Source: Okamejei kenojei
Lineage: Eukaryota
Direction of reading: 5' to 3'
DNA length: 64,000 nucleotides
Assembly: GCA_035221665.1 (NCBI GenBank)
Contig: CM069145.1
Span: forward strand, 28,582,001-28,646,000
Shown: positions 59,419 to 64,000 of the stretch, piece after piece
Layout: every line of letters starts with the position of its first letter
Position numbering within the stretch: position 1 is the stretch's first letter
Notes under the pieces: generated by a model
What the model saw: only the letters and a program-made list of their open reading frames with translations
Told to the model about the DNA's origin: nothing
The model's database searches: none
Program-made: the position numbers and the translations under genes

Positions 59419-60600
59419 TTATGAGAAATACGGGCTATTCCTTGTCAAAACATTAGGTTTGAAGAAGTATTTCAATTGGAGGAAAAGAGAAAGAGAACAA
59501 TTTACTGAGGAAATTCCAGATGATGAATGGATTAAATCAGGGCTGTTTGGGAGGATGGATTTAGAGGAGTGCAGGTATCCCAGGGTGCTGTTGTGGGGCT
59601 GGAAGAGATAACTGAAAGGGAGAGGTGAGCCATCAAAGGATGGGCTAAAAACTGAGACGCTCCTTAAATATGAGGCAAGAATGGTCGGCAGAGTCAGCAT
59701 CCTTGGGTAACAATGACCGTGTACATGTTATGACAGGAGAGTTTTTAATGGGCTCAGGATTACAGAAGATGAAACACTGTTTACGAGGATGTTATCAGGA
59801 CTTGAGGGCCTGAGCTATAAGGATAGACTGGGCAAGCTGGAACATTTTGCTGAGAAGTTTAAATGTTATGTTACAGTTGTATACGATGTTGGTGAGGCTG
59901 CATTTGGAGAAATGTGTTCATTTTTTTTGTCATTCTGCCGTAGGAAAGGTGCCATTAAGCTGGAGAGAGGGTAGAGGAAATTTATGAAGATGGTGCCAAG
60001 ACTCGAAGGCCTGAGCAAAAGGGTCCTTTCATCATTGAAGCACAGGAAACTAAGGTGTGATCACATAGAGGCATACAAAATCATGAGGGACTGAAGAAGG
60101 ATAATGTTTTTTTACCCAGAGAAAGGGAATCAAGAATTAGAGAACATGGACTTAAGGTGAGAGGAGCCGGAGGGGCAACCTTTACACACAGAGGGTATTG
60201 GGTATATGGAACGAGCTGCCAAAGAAGGTAGTTGAGTCGGGTACAATAATGACATTTAAAAGACCATTGGACAGGTACACGGATAAGAAAGGTTTAGAGG
60301 TATATGGGCCAAATGCAGGCAATTGGAACTAGCTTAGATGGGGCTTCTTAATCGGCATGGATGAGCTGGGCTGAAGGGCCCGTTTCCATGCTGTGTAACT
60401 CTATAATTGGTAGATATGGAGGAGACACCAACAAGCAGCCCATTGGAGTAGTCAAACCTTGAAGAGGGCATTGGCTTGACTTTTAGCTTTAAGGAGATGA
60501 GACAAGGCAAAGGAAGAATTACTGATATGGAATTAAGGGATTTCATGTATGTGTGACAGGAGGCTTATCCTGGGTCTTGATAGGACACCGTGACTGTTAA
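59419..60600. mobile_element. Old L2-like fragments (minus strand) interrupted by CR1 3' fragments (about 59780-60405, plus strand)
   Basis: SSRFDYSNGLLVG (L2-type SRLDYCN motif) in ORF 60334..60546; MLSGLEGLSYKDRLGKL and CR1 tail gggctgaagggcccgtttcc. Confidence 0.6.
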
Positions 60601-63599
60601 AAATCCCACTTTATCTGCAGCTAATGTGGCATTCTATTTTCTATTAAATGATTGGAATCGATCCTATAAAATATTAAAAAATCAGAGATTTGGAACATAG
60701 CTACAAGACGCATTGTTTTATAGGGTGGATTTCCCCTCTAGAGTGCTGAAAACAAAATGATTCAGGTGCAGATTTTCCAATCATATTTCCGCTGACATAT
60801 TCTTGACACTTATAACTAACTGGCCCTCACAGTTTAAGGTCCCATAGACAATTTGCACGTGAATAGTGCAAACAAAATAGTACTGTGGTTGAAAAGCGTA
60901 TTTAAAATATTTCCTGCAGTTTGAGTTTCCAGGAATCCAGTCCTTCTTATGATCTATTATTTCATCATTTCATCATTTTCATCATTTTGCCTGCTGGTTA
61001 CCCCCATGAGATTAAAATGGTTCTCTCTTGAGAGACGGAGGATGGGAGGGGAAGCAGCATTCAAGGTGTCAAGCTGCCCCAGAGATTACAAGTTACAGCT
61101 GAGGCAAACATCTACAGCAAGTGAAATATCCAGATGGAAAGGAACATCTCCTTCTGTTTACAGCATTAAAGCAATGGCCGCTTCAACCCAGCAACTTTCA
61201 CCAGAGTGTACCAGTGGTGCAGTGATATTAGAGGCTGGAAGGAAGCATGCCAGGATGCTGGGCCTGACCCCTGCAGGCAGTGGTGCAGGGAGAAAGAATC
61301 CAGGAGGAGGGCTGCCTGCCAGTGGCAGTAAACACTGCTGAGGTTACCCATCCTTCCCCTCGGCCATCTCACCCAATGGGTTGTAGAAAAGAGGAAAATC
61401 CAGGCTTGGTGCTGATAAAGGAAACAAGAACATAAACACTGGAGGGCACCTGCTGAACGACTGTGGGATTTTTTGTTAAATACCCATCTTTAAAAATCTC
61501 AATTTATATTGTCCACAAGAGATCATTCCATAACTACGTACAAAAAAAAAGCTTCAATTGGAGAGAACTTCCATTGATCGATATTTTTAAAGAGATTTTA
61601 CAGATTTCCAAGCTACAGAAGCACAGATCTGCTGACTTTAAAATAAACCCACAGACACAACATTGCATCATGTTTTTGACAGAAGCATGTAGGCTGGCTG
61701 GACTCATTGAGTTTGGCATCCAGCTCACCGAGGTCTTTCCTTGGGAAGAAAAATATGAATAGAAGAATATTGCTTCTTCTACGATTTAACTCCCCTTTCC
61801 GCAATGTAGTACCAATAGTTGGATAATACAAGTGCAATCAATGTTATATTAATAAAAAAATGTTAGTCCAGACTTTGCTTTCAATTTGAAGAGCAAGGTT
61901 GGTGGCACTATTAATTATTTTTAAATGTTACTGTCTTGAAGGCAGGATCAAAGATAAATATGAATGTCTGAAAATTACTCCGCAGCTCAATATTTATTTT
62001 TGAAAGGATGTGCCATAACTTCTTAAAAATTTGGCACGTAAACTTCCACTTTGTAATTTCACATGTAAGTGCCACTATTAACGATATTGTGGAAGGGCTA
62101 ATCATTGGAAATTAACTACTCTGGCAAAAAAAATCAACAATAACAAGTGTAAAGCTGCATTTCTTCAGATGTAGATTTTTTCAAGATTTAAAATATCAAT
62201 TTATGTTCATTTGTACTTTCCCACACTTTTGTTTTATTACTTTCCTTCTCAATTTTGCTTTCCAACTCTACTTCCCATTCTGCAATGGAACAGGGTGAAT
62301 TTGCCTTATTTTCATTCATCTTATGTTCTCAGTCCCAGCAGTATTCTTTAAAACCTTAAATCTCATCCATGGAGAGAATATTCTCACACTAGTTGCAGAT
62401 GTGCTGTGTTGCCCGTTAACTCAATATCAAAAAAAGAAAATGCACTTTAACGATTAAGTAAGAAAATAACGAATAAATGGTAGTGTGGCAATTAGACTTG
62501 CATTGCAAGGCAAAATCTCACTTAAAGGATACCACAATGAACTAATGGCCTCTTCTAGAAAACAATATTTGGGGTTGTTCTCTCTTGAATTTCCAAGAAG
62601 AACTCTTGCAAGCATTAAAATTAAAATATTTAAATGTTCCCTATCACTTGGATTTCCAGCTGGGCTGAGAGTGTGTTATTTGCATATTGGGTAACCATAG
62701 CAGCATTGTATCCAAAATGGCGTAACCATCTGTTATTCTCTGCCAAACAACTCAATAAGTCTGTTTCCCTCTGCGCAGCTGGAGAATGTTTCCCAAATCC
62801 AACATAAATCATTGACATTTATGAGCAGAATCCAATAGATTGTTATGTGGTCCAGTACCACTGGCAAAATCAAACAAGCTATCCTAGAAACCAAGTTCAA
62901 CAATGAAGCAATAATGCAGATCATAATATTATGATGAAGTGTTAGGGAAGGTAAATCCGATTAATTCTTATTTTTGTCTAAAAAAAGACTGAGGAAGAAC
63001 TGAGGAAAAAAAGGGAATTAAAAGGGGACAAATTCGCCACTGGTCCAGAGGTTGGACAGTGGTACAGATGTTTTTTACTAAAGGAGAAACAAAACCAGGG
63101 TTTCAAATGGAAATGGGTTTGGTTTAGTTGGGAAAAGGGTTGGCATGGGCACGGATGACTGAAGAGCCCATTAGTGTGCAGTAGAACTGACTCTTGACCC
63201 CCCCCCCCCCCCCCCGTTGACCATCACTTCACAACCACCAACACCTCAAGTCAATCAGCCCCACACAACTCTCCTTTAACCTCCAATTCCCAGAACTCCG
63301 CACTTTCCTCGATCGCTGTCCTCATCAATCAGCACAGTCCCTCCCACCTCTCTGATCACCGTTCCTCCTCCACATCCAGAGGCTTCTCTCCTCCACAATT
63401 TCCTAGCCCCGGCTTTGCACAATTTCCTTCACAAATAACAGAGCCTGTGGAGGGAAGGTCTTTTATCACACGATTCATTAGCACACAATTAAATGAACCT
63501 TGTACTCTACTAATTCCCACTGGAGACCTCTTGAAACAAATAATTTGCCAGACCACTGCATTTGATTGTTTAAGTTTCTTGGCACCTGCTCCTCCATTA

Positions 63600-64000
63600 G
63601 ATCTGATAATGGAGGCCAGCACCAACTTTATTAGCTCTATTAGGGGAGATATGGTGAATGTCACTAAAGGATTGATGAAACCCTCGGGTTGGATGTGATT
63701 TGGCCCAGGGTGCTATTGAAAACACGATAGATGATAGCTGGGGCCCTGACAGAGAGATTGTTGCATCTTGATTAGCCTTAGGTGAGGCACTAGAAGACGA
63801 GAGGATAGCGAATGTGATTTTGTTGCTTAATAGATAAAGGTATACGTTTGTGTAAGGGAAGTCCTGTCTCACTAATTTAATTGAGTTTTTTGAAGAGGTA
63901 ACTAAGGTGGCTGATGAGGACAAGGCAATAAGCATGGTATCCATGGGTTTTTTAGGGCATTTACCTAGGGTCCCTATGGACACATGGTAGGTTGGTGCAG
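63600..64000 (+). mobile_element. Diverged CR1 RT fragment running off the window end
   Basis: gggaagtcctgtctcactaatttaattgagttttttgaagaggtaact = GKSCLTNLIEFFEEVT. Confidence 0.8.

Noticed and set aside
1-64000. CRISPR arrays, operons, rRNA or other prokaryotic systems
   Set aside because: Vertebrate intron-exon DNA; no regularly spaced repeat-spacer array or dense coding seen
57830-64000. Canonical upstream ABLIM1 LIM1-LIM4 exons
   Set aside because: No convincing LIM-encoding exon found by eye; presumed to lie beyond the window end

Overview
Repeat-rich eukaryotic genomic DNA, most likely from an elasmobranch such as a skate or ray (inferred from the V-SINE, CR1 and Penelope repeat content). 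The window holds 11 internal, phase-compatible GT-AG coding exons of ABLIM1 (actin-binding LIM protein 1) on the minus strand (51760 to 2429; 1057 nt, from the second half of LIM4 into the dematin-like region). The 5' LIM exons and the 3' villin-headpiece exons lie outside the window. Most ORFs in the supplied track are spurious or transposon debris. Introns contain a Vingi/Ingi-like LINE, CR1, L1 and L2 fragments, many V-SINEs, Penelope-derived repeats, a DD34E Tc1 relic, a Helitron-like element and several MITEs. The most notable find is a ~130-bp TSD-flanked short retroposon (21276-21406) whose 5' end folds into a complete minimal HDV/CPEB3-like ribozyme. Also notable are hammerhead-like cores in the Penelope repeats, a perfect 47-bp hairpin insertion with a 6-bp TSD, and several candidate alternative ABLIM1 exons. 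All calls were made by eye. Repeat boundaries are approximate, and comparisons to known proteins and repeat families are from memory, not from a search.
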